Assembly (NCBI RefSeq): GCF_000181795.1
Contig: NW_003526943.1
Span: 3,933,228 to 3,997,227, forward strand
DNA length: 64,000 nt
Origin: Trichinella spiralis
Lineage: Eukaryota
Reading direction: 5' to 3'
Shown here: positions 1-11,800 of the stretch, piece after piece
Layout of the letters: each line of letters starts with the position of its first letter
Position numbering within the stretch: the stretch's first letter is position 1
The notes under the pieces: generated by a model
Seen by the model: the letters and a program-made list of their open reading frames with translations, nothing else
Database searches by the model: none
What the model was told of the DNA's origin: nothing
Position numbers and translations under genes: made by a program

Positions 1-40
1 AAAATAAATAAATAAATTAATTAATTAATAAAATATTCAC

Positions 41-812
41 CTTGATACGAAATACGGTAAATGTGGTGCTTCTGCCGTGGGTCCAGGTGATCAAGAGGTT
101 ACAGTCGGGCGAGTAAACATAAGCGTTGGTACAGATGCGTACGGACCTGAGCCGACGCAAACAATGCTTCTGTTCGACAAACTGTTGACGGAAAATTATT
201 TCAAAAAATATTCAAAAAAAAAATCAGAAAACAACACCTGATAAACACTGATCTCACAGTAGGAGACGATCAAAATGTCGCCGGATTTAAGCCACTCGAA
301 GCCGAGTATTTTCGACGCACCGGAACTATCCAAATCCGACACCAGAAACGATTGTTGACGTTCTCCGAAAATGACAAATTTCTGCAACAATATTCATAAT
401 TTGAAATGAAACAACAAACAAACAAACAAAAACTGACAATAATATTCTGCGATTGTTCGAAGGCGACGGCTTTGCAGTTTGGAGAAATTTTCAACGACGA
501 GATCATTTCACTGGATGGCAATCTGAAAGCAAATGAAAATCAAATTTATTATACAATTATCGAATCAATAAATAATTACTCGAAGTTGAATGTCTTGTTC
601 GAACCTGCGGTGTGCATGACGCCTCTGAAATGACTGCTTCCAACTTGCAACAAGCACATCTACGATGCAAATGAGGGGTAAAAAAATGAAATGATGAATC
701 AGATAAAAAAAAGAAAAAAAATTACCCGTCTTTGAGCGTGATCATGGAAAAATAATGTCCTCTCATTTGGTGGTGATGTGAAATTGGCCGAAGCTTTGAT
801 CAAATTAAGCAT
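41..812 (-). CDS. RMC1: Regulator of MON1-CCZ1 complex (C18orf8/Mic1) homolog, 5' part; gene continues beyond the left window edge
   Basis: Joined exons give MLNLIKASANFTSPPNERTLFFHDHAQRR / MCLLQVGSSHFRGVMHTAGSNKTFNFE / SLKISPNCKAVAFEQSQNII / SKILGFEWLKSGDILIVSYCEISVYQ / VEQKHCLRRLRS. This is colinear with the recalled RMC1 N-terminus (VFFDEANKQ...ILGFCW...IEFYQV.PEKRSLKLLKS). ATG at 812. Confidence 0.8.
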
Positions 813-1056
813 TTTGTTGTTTGTGTGAATTTACAAAGCAACAACTGAAACGTTTTCACATACAACAAACAACACATTCACAAACGGCATATCATTGTGA
901 AAAGATATAATACTGCAAAGGACAGAATGAAAAACTTCGAAACGTAAAACAAGAAAGAAAGAAACCGTTTTAATTTGTTATTATAAGCAAAAGTTAATTA
1001 TGAAATGTTGGGCATTATATAATAATAATAATCGAATCTATTTTCTTCTTTTTCAT

Positions 1057-3307
1057 TTATGGTTCCTTTGGAACAAAGAGCAAAGTGTGCGGCAGAGGGG
1101 TACAATGTACTGAATCGATATCAATGACGTGCTGATTAAATAAATAATAACCAACAGACAGAAGTTCCTCTCTGGTCAGTGTGGCCATTGTTTGGTCATT
1201 TTTCACAAACTCACTAGCCGATGTGGAACCGAAAAGTTTTTCAGCCGCATCTTCCAATCGGGCAAAATTGACAGCCCGTTCTGTTGGTGTATAGGAAAGC
1301 CATTCCAAAGCGACGTCATCTTTGAAAACTGACGGATAGCTGTAATATTAAAAGAAAAATAAATAAATAAATGAAACAAATTCAATCAACGCATAAATTA
1401 TCATTCACACAAATGCATTTTACCGATTCTTGAGAAATATATTGATCAAAAAATTCGTTCTAATGCTACGCATTTGTTCATTCAATGACGAATGATCGGT
1501 AGACAAAATTTCATCGCGGAATCTTCTCACAAAAGTCACCGGACCGTCGTACTGTTTCAATTGTTCTGCGACGTTCAAATTCATGTACGTCCTAACCGTA
1601 GACTTCACCAATGCCGACAACGAACTGGGAAAAATGCTAAGCGCAAGCGGCAATATGTCGTCAAAAGTTGCATCCAAAAATAGTCCCTAGAAAAAATTAC
1701 ACCTTCCTGTTGTTTTACAACAAACTCAAAAATAACCATTCAACAACTGTAACTGTTCAACATAAAATGCTAATATTAATTTTAAACAACAACAACTACC
1801 ATGAAAATATTCTCCATCTCTAAAAGAACAATAAAGACTAACTTCAAATTTAGACACTAAATTCAACACCACATCACAAATGTATCATCACATTTGTCAA
1901 CTGAAACCATATTACCCTCATATTAGGATAATTCATTGCAGCCCAAGTGGCAGGATAGGCACCAATAGACCATGCATAAATGAAAATATCCTCTTCCTTA
2001 AAACCTGCACATAATGTCATTGAAATTCAACAAATAAAAATAAATAAATAAAAACGAAAACAAAAATTAAACCTTTTGACAGGGCAAATTGAATGACAAC
2101 ATCAATGGCATTCTGCTCATTTTTTGGCCAAGGCATGCCAGTGCTGGAGCCGAATCCAGGATGGTTCCATGCGAGAACGGAAAAATTCGCTTCAAGAGGA
2201 CAACGGGGCAAGCCAATTTCATAAAAGCCAGCATTCCCTTCGCAAGTAATTACCAAAATGTTGCCATTGGAAAAACTTTTCGAATCTCGTCGATCAAACA
2301 GCATGCAATCTATATATTCGCCTAAAAATCGTCCTAATGAAATGCAAAGCAAAAATATACTAACATGACAACTGTACGGATCGTAATTTCAACGATGCTA
2401 AAATTAATCTTCATACCAAATAAAAGAATGGAACAAACCATTGCTTTACAAAATGATGAGTAAAAATAAATAGTCACCATATGATAAACTTATTAACTGT
2501 ACAATTTATGAGATATACCAAATAAAAATAACAAAAAATACCATCTTTATCGCGAATTTTGTGTCGAATTCCACGAAATTCGTCAAACAGTTGCAATCTG
2601 CCTTGCCGTAAATGAAATTGCACAGAATTGTGAAACCATGACATTGAAGCTGGATACAAAAGACGAATGCCTATTGTATTTGCCAATAGCCAAGATAATA
2701 AAGCATTAAATCTGGCATTCAATGACGAGCCATTCTGCAACAATGGTTCACTTTCCAAAAAACGTCGTTGCTTTACTTTCTCCCCTGAAAAGTGATGATT
2801 CAAATGATATCAACGCATATTGCAAAACTAAATCACACCGTCAAATAGATCATTCCAAGTATATTCGATTGGAAAATGAGTAAAATCATATTCATACTGA
2901 CGCAACAATTGATAGCATTCAGAATTATCCGAACTTATGGTAAAATAGCACTGCGACAAATGTTCAGCAAACTGAACGTACTTTGCATTAAATCTGCGTC
3001 CAAAATAACGACTCACATACACTAAGCTGCAGATGCTAATTGCGGAGAAGAAATATCTCGATACTGTTTGAAAGTCATAATCTGGAATGGAGCGCAACAA
3101 ATGACAAATCCAGAATGGACTTATATACTTGATCAAAGCATAAGAAAAGTGAAGCCACCAGCAGGACAAGTTTCCAAATCTTTCCAAAGCATTTTCATTA
3201 TACTTTATGAAACTCGTTTCCGGTGAAGCTGAACGAATTCCATAAACATTAGGACCAAAAGCAATTAAGTAATTAGTTCGCAAAAAATTCATTATTACAG
3301 GAAACAT
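1057..3307 (-). CDS. ABHD16A: Phosphatidylserine lipase ABHD16A (BAT5)-like alpha/beta hydrolase, multi-exon
   Basis: Motifs LVITCEGNAGFYEIG, WNHPGFGSSTGMP, nucleophile IYAWSIGAY (exon about 1916-2004), LDATFDDILPLA, LKQYDGPVTFVRR.RDE and C-terminal HCTPL, separated by GT-AG introns. Confidence 0.92.
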
Positions 3308-4059
3308 CGAAACACAAAAATAAAGTTATCACAAAGACACGTTGAATAACAATTCGAGCTGTTGTACCAAATTAACTGAAAAGTTATATCGGATACAATA
3401 AAAATTAATATCCGGCAACAATTTTTCAGTTTCAACCAAAACTCAATACTGAATTGCAAATCAACACATTAAATACTGTGAAAATTTTAATACTGTATAT
3501 AAATCAAGTACAATTCTTTTTTGAACAAAAAATGCAGCACAAAATTTTTATAGAACATCTTTTATCATCTATTCAAAATAATATGCTAAATATTTTTTTG
3601 AACATCATATATAAATAAAAATTAATTAATCGTAACATGATAAAATTAATTAATTGAAATGCTTTCCATGAATCATTTATTTGCTAAAACTGATGTTTAG
3701 TTGAAGCTATTTTAAGTGTTGTACAAATAAAGTAATTCACGAACTTTCCTTACTTGATGTATATTGCCCAAAATAGCGCTTATAAAATATTTGGAATACT
3801 TTTGAAAGAATTAAAAATAAAATTTTATAAAATTGCAACATTTCTTGTCCAGTGATATTCAGAGAATTTTCTTTTTTACTAGTGAACGAATAAAAGCATC
3901 CAGGTGCATGTTATTCTATTTGAATGTCTAATTCGATGAAAATAATTATTCCAGACTGGCAATTACTAGTTCTTCATTATTCACTCACTGGCTCATTAAC
4001 GTGATGATATATTTGAAAGAATCGATCAAGAAATTGTTAAAGCTGTCAGCCATCTGAAA

Positions 4060-4240
4060 TAGTCGACCACATGATGAAGTGATTGAAAATGATCAAAAGA
4101 AACTATCCGTCAACTGGGAAAGTTTTCATGTTACAGATCATAAACAGTTTTCTGTTCTATGCTGAAGATACTGTACTTGTGTGACTAGCAAGAGTTCTAA
4201 CTCGATCATGGATTGAATAATCAAGATCAACCAAAGATGA
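4060..4240 (+). mobile_element. Possible highly decayed non-LTR (LINE-type) reverse transcriptase remnant
   Basis: Reads INSFLFYAEDTVLV* (similar to LLYADDTVL) followed by IKIN (similar to LKIN..KT), broken by stops. Confidence 0.3.
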
Positions 4241-4842
4241 ATAGTTGGAATTATTCATTTATAATTACTGCTTGCTGTGGAGAATAAGAATGATCATTTT
4301 CATCAAGAAGCATCAAACATAAGTAAAATAATAATCAGTGGTCAAATAATGATAGTTAGACACGTTGATTCAAAATTGTAGCAAAAATGGATGACAAAAG
4401 TGAAAGATTGGTTCGGGCGTAACGATGCAAAATACCTCATCCGTCTTCCACTATTCCTCGTAAACTATGAACCCTTCAAGACTTTTTTCCATACGATGTT
4501 GATTCGGCTGACTTTGATGCGCACATTTCACTGTTTTTGCTTAGCTTAGCGCTGTTAGCACGCTGAAAATCCAAAGCAGTGCCAAGAATCAAAGGTAACT
4601 TCCCTACAAGCGGCCATATTATAAGTGGGAATTGCAGATTCTGTAAATTCCCATTCACACTGATGTTGCTGGCATTATTTTCAGTTTTTCACTGTAGTTA
4701 ACGTCCAATTTCAAATTGTTAAAAAAATATTTATGTAAAACATTAAATAACATCTGAAGCAGTGCTGCGGCAAAGCTTCTGTTTCCACAGTTTGCTCCAC
4801 ACTGACGCAACAATTAACCATTATTTGCATCTGGAGAAGTTC

Positions 4843-4916
4843 GATAGTTTTCAAAGTGGTCAGTTGGTCGAAGTTGGTTTACTGGTGGGTCGCGACCCAC
4901 ACTTTGAGAACCACTG
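4843..4916 (-). mobile_element. hAT (Charlie/SPIN/Buster-like) transposon terminus or tiny MITE remnant
   Basis: Minus strand from 4916 reads CAGTGGTTCTCAAAGTGTGGGTCGCGACCCACC, a characteristic hAT terminal and subterminal sequence. A degenerate inverted copy (TAGTTTTCAAAGTG) lies at about 4845-4858. Confidence 0.65.
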
Positions 4917-5805
4917 GTCATAGACATTATAGAGAAGAAAAATGTCATGAGAAGTTTTACATGATAGCATTTCCTAGACGTAGTTTTTTGTTATCCACAT
5001 TTTAAGGCAATGTTTCTGCTTAAAAAAAGAATTGAATATTCTTCGAAATATAATTATAAATAAAATAGCTTTCCTAATGTGGGAATAGAAATCAATGATG
5101 CACCGACAAATCAGAGCAAAAATTTTTGTTAAACATGATGCAATACGTGATATATCAAACAAAAGTCTATAAATGATAAATTAAAACAACAAATATATTG
5201 TGTGCCAGAAACCCCTTTTTATTTTTTTGAATGAAAATGAAAGTAATTTGAATGGAATTCTTTTCTCAATGAAGTAAAATAAGAAGTTCCGCCTTCTACA
5301 AGTGATGTTAAAATTTAAATAAAAATAATTTTAAAAGAGGAAAAGTATTTTTTACATATTTATATAAAAATTATTTTATTATTATAATTGCATACATGAA
5401 TGAATATGCAATGGGAATGTTAATGAAGAAAAAATGATCTTTCAATCAATGAAATTGTATTGATGCAGATGTTGAACAAAGAGAAACATTTGGGTCGCTC
5501 TATGTTATATGTGCGTGTGTGTGCGTGCTTGATCTTCATCAGCAGTGTGTTGGTTGCTTTCTTCAACAACGCCAGTGGGACGTTGTCGTTGTCATCATAT
5601 TGAAATTTTCAGAGCAAAATTGGGACGAACCTTTTGACACGCTTTTCACCACGGACGTCTGCCAACTTTTGGACATTGTTTCGTTGTGAAAATTTTTCTT
5701 TGTTTCCAAAATCTCCAACGAAGCAGAAATACAATTTTGCCACTAAGTAAAGCATTTTTTTTCTCTGTTGAAATAATGGAATTAACAAAAACGGTTCCAA
5801 CAGTC

Positions 5806-8800
5806 ATGAGATCTTGGATCACTGTTGTGATGCTGTGCCATATGGCCCGTGGAAATTGGGAATTCCAACGTTACGATGGATGGTACAACAACCTGGCCCA
5901 TCCTGAATGGGGAACAGCAGGTATTTTAAATTAATACATTTTCTCTCTCTCTCTCTTTTGTCTGCTCATTTCAAATAATTCATTATTCTACACTTTACAT
6001 TCAACATATATAGATATTTTAATAATTTTTTAACATTTAATGATTAATAATGTGTATTTTAAATGAATTTCTAATTGGATTTTTACCACGAAAAAGTATT
6101 GTAAAAGTTCGCTGAATTTAGTTATTCCATTTGCTAAATATGCTGTAAACATTTGTGAAGTCATGTTCCCAAGATGTAAAGAATATTGATAAGGAGAAAA
6201 TGTGAATATGATATTATTTATTTATGCTTATAAATTTAAAAAGATGCATGCAATACAAACAAAATAAGTAAATGTTATGTATGTTAATATACTAATAGTG
6301 CTCAGCATTCAATTTTAACATTGTAGACATTTTTAACTAAACGGCATCTGCTTCACAAATGCGACTTCATCAAATGGAAACATATTTTCCGTTTTATCAT
6401 GTTTGTCTATTTACAAAATATTTGAAAAGATTTTAAAATATTCAAATATTTAAAAGTAATATATTAAAAAAGTAACTTTTAAATTATTACTTATGCAAAA
6501 TTATTTATATTTTGTTCTACTCTGAAAACTTAGATGAACTGATGCTTAAAAATGTATACACCTTGAACATTAATTTCTCCTTGGAAATAGTTTGCAAATA
6601 TTTCATAATTTTTGATAAATTTTAATATTCAATCGATTTTTAGTCATTTAAATATAAATATTTAACAATTGAAATGTGGATGATGAAAATATAAATTAAA
6701 AATATTCTTCTTAATATTAAAAAATTTCCAACATTGCAAAATATTATCAGTAGCATTGAATAAAATTATTAATAACAAGAAATTTTTGAATGAAAACGAA
6801 ATTTAAAATTTTAATTCTACACATGTATGTTTTGTATACTGATGCAATAATATAAAATTGTGGATATCAGTGAATGTCTGACACATGTAGGTCGCAATTT
6901 GGTAGGCCAGTTTCTATGCTGTTAAGTGAAAAATCATTGCTAACCAATTGCTGATTGACCTCGTAGAACAGACTTTTAGGTTTCTAGGTCATTTGTGATG
7001 ATTTTTCCATAAAATTGAAAAGCAGTTTTCGAAAAAACAGAAAAAATAGAGTTTTTGCTATTGTTAGAAAAAAACAAATGCAAAATTCAGCTAACTGATT
7101 TGTTTGTTAGTTTGAACTGAAAATTTTGTATGTGAAAAAGGAAGAGAGAGGAAAAAAATGACGAATAATAATTTTAATACAAATGTTGATTAAATTGAAA
7201 TTTCAAATAATAAAAACTGTTCGTGTAGAATTGTCTAGAATTTAAGATTTCGATGCTTTCATTAAAATTTCATCCAGTTTCAGAGGGAGAAATTGAAATG
7301 TTAAACTTGTCATTTTGAATTATTTAAAATCGAAAAAAAGTATGAAAATAGTTTTTCAATGAACAATTTAACATTATTCTGAATAATGTATTTCTTTTTT
7401 GGAAATTTGTAAATTTAAAGGGTTTTATTCATTGTATCATTTGTAGCAATTAAGGTAGTTCAAGCATGCATGAACAGTTTCAACAAAATGTGAAACTCGA
7501 TTTCACATCGAGGTCAGCTGAGATTAATTTCATTCTTCACATTTTTCCATGTCACTGTCAGAAGTATCAGTTTTTTCTTTCTTTCATTCTTTTCAATTAT
7601 TTCAAATTCAAATAAACTCTTTTGTAAAATTTAACTTCATTTATAAAAAAAAATGAAAAATAATACTGTTTCAATTCATTTATTTGTTTACTACTGTAAT
7701 TGTCATATATAAAATTACATTTATATAGGCATTATTTAAAATCTTGCATGTGAATTTCTGAAATAATACTGAATTATTATTATTCATATTCTTGTATGTA
7801 TAGACCTTTACAGGAACTTTTATCATCCTATGAACATTTTGAAAACATTATTTCAAACAATATACATAATGTTTAGCATTTTGTTCTGTTTATACCTTGT
7901 TTATTCAGCACGTGCAATCTTCAACCACGTGTCCATTTATTGTACAAGAAAATTTTCGATGTAAATATTATTGCAATCATTAATGTTGTCAGTTGTCAAG
8001 CATGACATCAAATTAATTATTAAACTTAAATAAATTTAATTTAGTAAACAAATGTATCATAGTATTATTCAGTGAACATCTGTATTATCATGTGAGGGTA
8101 TTTTATAAAAAGAACGCAAAAATATGTTTTTTCTAGAAATTAATTTTCCAGTGAACAATTTAGCTGAAAGTATTGCATTTAGTATTACAAAAGAAAGTCA
8201 TGTCAGATCAACTTTTACTAGCTGTCATGTTTATAATATAAAAATTATCAATGGATACTAAATTTTTTTCAATACCTTCATTTCAAATTAGGTAGCCGTT
8301 TGTATCGACAAACGCCAAATGCATATTTAGATGGAGTATATCAAATAAACGACTCTAGTCCAAATGTTCGAGTAATAAGCAATCTGGTATTCAAAGGGCC
8401 AGATGGAATTCGAAACAGTCGTAATGTAACCACCATGTTTGCTTTTTTCAGTAAGTTTCTATGTGTAATGATATTCAAGTATTTAAAATTTGCATTTTTT
8501 CAAGGCCAAATGGTGGCATATGAAATTTTACAATCAACAGAAATTTCATGCCCAATGGAAATGCATCACATTGCTATTGAACGATGTGATCCAATTTTTG
8601 ATGCTAAATGTACAGGTAAAATAGCAATGCCTTATTTACGAGCCAAATATGATAAGAATACGGGTTTGGGAATTAACAATCCTAGAGAACAGGTAAAAAT
8701 GCTGAATAAAAATATTTTTTGAATATTTTATCTCCGCTATTACAGCTGAATGAAAGGACAAGTTGGATAGATGGAAGTATATTGTACAGTGTTAACGAAC

Positions 8801-11800
8801 CTTGGTTAAATATAATGCGTTCATTTGAAAATGGTACACTCAGAGAAGGACTGATGAAAGGTTACCCGCCACTGAATGCAGAAAGGCTTCCACTGATTAA
8901 TCCACCTCCACCACAGTTGCATCGCCTGGTTGATCCGGAGCGGATGTTCAGTAAATTTAACTGATTGAAACATTTCTGTAGAAACTTTTCTTCTGTTTTT
9001 ATTATTGACGTTTTCAGTGCTCGGAGATCCTAGAATGAATGAAAATCCTCCTTTATTAGCTTTTGGTTTAATGCTATATCGATGGCATAACAAACAAGCG
9101 GAAAAATTGCAACAAAAATATCCGCACTGGTCAGATGTCAAATTATTCGAACGGGCTCGTCGTTTTCTCATAGCACATTTGCAAGTATTTCGATATAATC
9201 TATAAAAGAAATAATCAGCTTATTGATTATTCATATTATAGAATATTATTATGTATGAGTTTTTGCCGGCTCTTTTGGATGAACCAACCAAACCGTATGA
9301 AAAGTATAATCCGCATTTGCCACCAGGCATAAGTCACGAGTTTGCCGTTGCAGCATTTCGTTACCCTCACACTATGGTTCCAGCTGGAACGTTTTTAAGG
9401 TTTTATTATAATTTTCATCAACTTTTCTTTAACTAATAGCTGTTTAGGAATGGTCAGTGTCAGTTTGAAACAAATGTAGGTGGGTACCCTGCTCTGCGTC
9501 TATGTAACACTTGGTGGAATGCACAGGTAATCATCATACTTAGATGAAATTTATAAATTTGAAATGAAAAAATATAGTTTTTCCATTTTATCCCATCACG
9601 TAGGTTTGAATTTGGTGCTTTTTTAAATTTCTTAAAAATTTTTATTTTTAATAGGATGAATTGCAAAGGTATGGTATGGATAAATTTATTCTTGGCATGG
9701 CTTCACAAGTAGCTGAAGAAGAAGATCGTTTTATTGTCAGCGATTTGAAAGGTGAGTGATTGTTTTAGGCGAATGTATTTTTCAAATGAAACCAAAATTA
9801 AGATTTCGTATTTGGACCAATGCATTTTTCTCGACGAGATCTACCCGCTTTGTCATTAATGCGCGGTCGAGATAATGGCTTGCCGGATTATAACACCATA
9901 CGTAAATCATTCGACCTCCCTGCCGTCGACTGGCATACTATAAACCCGGATCACTACAGTGCTGATCCACAGGTTGTGGAAACTGCTGTTTTATTTCTTC
10001 TTTCTGGTCTAAGTTATTATGGTATTTTAGTTTTACGAAAAGCTGAAGTCGCTGTATGGAGGAAATATTACCAAAATGGATATGTATATTGGTGGAATTT
10101 TGGAATTCAACAACGGAAAGGTTGGAGAACTATTCAAACGTATTATTCGTGATCAGTTCTATCGAATTCGTGATGCTGATAGATTTTGGTTTGAAAATCG
10201 TGATAATAAGTAAATCTATTTGCGTTGTTCTTTAAAATCTTCATATTCAATGATGTAGAATGCAAAATGAGGTTTTGAAAATCACGTTCACAATTTACAG
10301 AAAAAGTTTGCAGTGTTTTATCATTTTAAGCTTCTTTCATAGCAGTACTAGTTTAAATTATAATGTTCTGCAAACAGTGCAATTAATGTGAAAAATATGG
10401 ATGCACTTTAGGCTGTTTACTGAAGAAGAAATTCAGGAGATAAAAAATGTTCGACTGTATGATATGATTATACAAACCACAGGCATTAAGCCTAATGAAA
10501 TTCAGAAAGACGTTTTCTTTTGGAAAAACGGTATCATGCAATTAATAAAAAGCTGCAAAAATTCAAGAAATTAAATGCATCATTTCAGGAGACCCCTGTC
10601 CTCAACCATTTCAGCTTAATATTAGCATTTTGGAACCTTGCATTCCGTTTATGCGACATGACCATTTTATGGGTAATGAAGTTTCCTTCATCTATTCTTG
10701 CATCGCATTGGGAATTGTTCCAGTAGGTATGCATCAAAAAATTGTATCAATTTTTATTGTTTTAGCAGTTGTGTTTTATTTCAAATAATTCTATGGAATG
10801 CAGTTTGCTTAAATTATAAATAAATGAAGAAAATACTGTAGCATTTGTTTCAAAATTGTTTAGCATGCGTTGGCATTGCAATGTGGATGGTGAGACGGAG
10901 TAAAAAGCGAAGAAATGCTGGATCGTTCAACATTAACAATGCGAACATTCGCAAAGAATTGAACAGCAGCACTGATGAAAATCAATGGAAAAAAGAAGAA
11001 AATAAAGTTTTTTCCGTTTTTCACGGTTAATTTTGTTAAAGAAACTTCAACTAATTTTGAAAATGCCTGATCATAAAAACATATCATAATTTTAATAAAA
11101 TATTTTCCATTTAGGTATCGAATGGTTGCATGAACATTATTGCCGTAGTGTTGTTATTTGTCTTGACAAAAAACCAGCCATTCGCTTGCTCAAGCGTAGA
11201 GGAGGTCTTTTACGTTCAGTTTGTCTTGAAGCAGTAAAGACCTGTAAAATATTCGTTAGCGATCGAGCTTTTCTTCTTATGGTATTTCCAGACGACTATG
11301 ATATGGTAATATTAATATTATTTGTGCTAATTATATATTTTTCTTATAAACTTTACTTTGATCTTTTGTTTAGGTTCTCCGTTTTGATTCTTATTCTTCT
11401 TGCACAAAGCTGCTAAGAAGTTTAGAATTGCTGCTGCGATGGCATGGTAAAGATATAGAAATAAAACACGAAAATACTGAACGCTTGCTGGCAATGGCTG
11501 AAACTGTTGAAATTAGAAAGCAAAAACTTGAACACTTTTTCCGTGAAGCTTATGCTAAAGTGAGCTTATTTTTTTTATATGGAAGAGAAATAGCTTCAAA
11601 ATTTTCATTTTGATTTATAGGCTTTTAATGTCCCAGAAATGCGAAGCGAAGCTGTAAATATGGATGACGTTTCGCAGTCTGTTCTTCAGACCATGCTGAC
11701 AAAGGCTGAATTTGCTGATGCCTTAGGAATGGATGAAAATGATCTCATAATACAGCGACTTTTCCGATGCGTGGCACGCCAACATCCAGACAAAATTTGT

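Noticed and set aside
8440..8530. Tyr replacing the distal His in the DUOX peroxidase domain (FFSQMVAYEI)
   Set aside because: Matches the recalled state in nematode BLI-3, so it is expected rather than novel.
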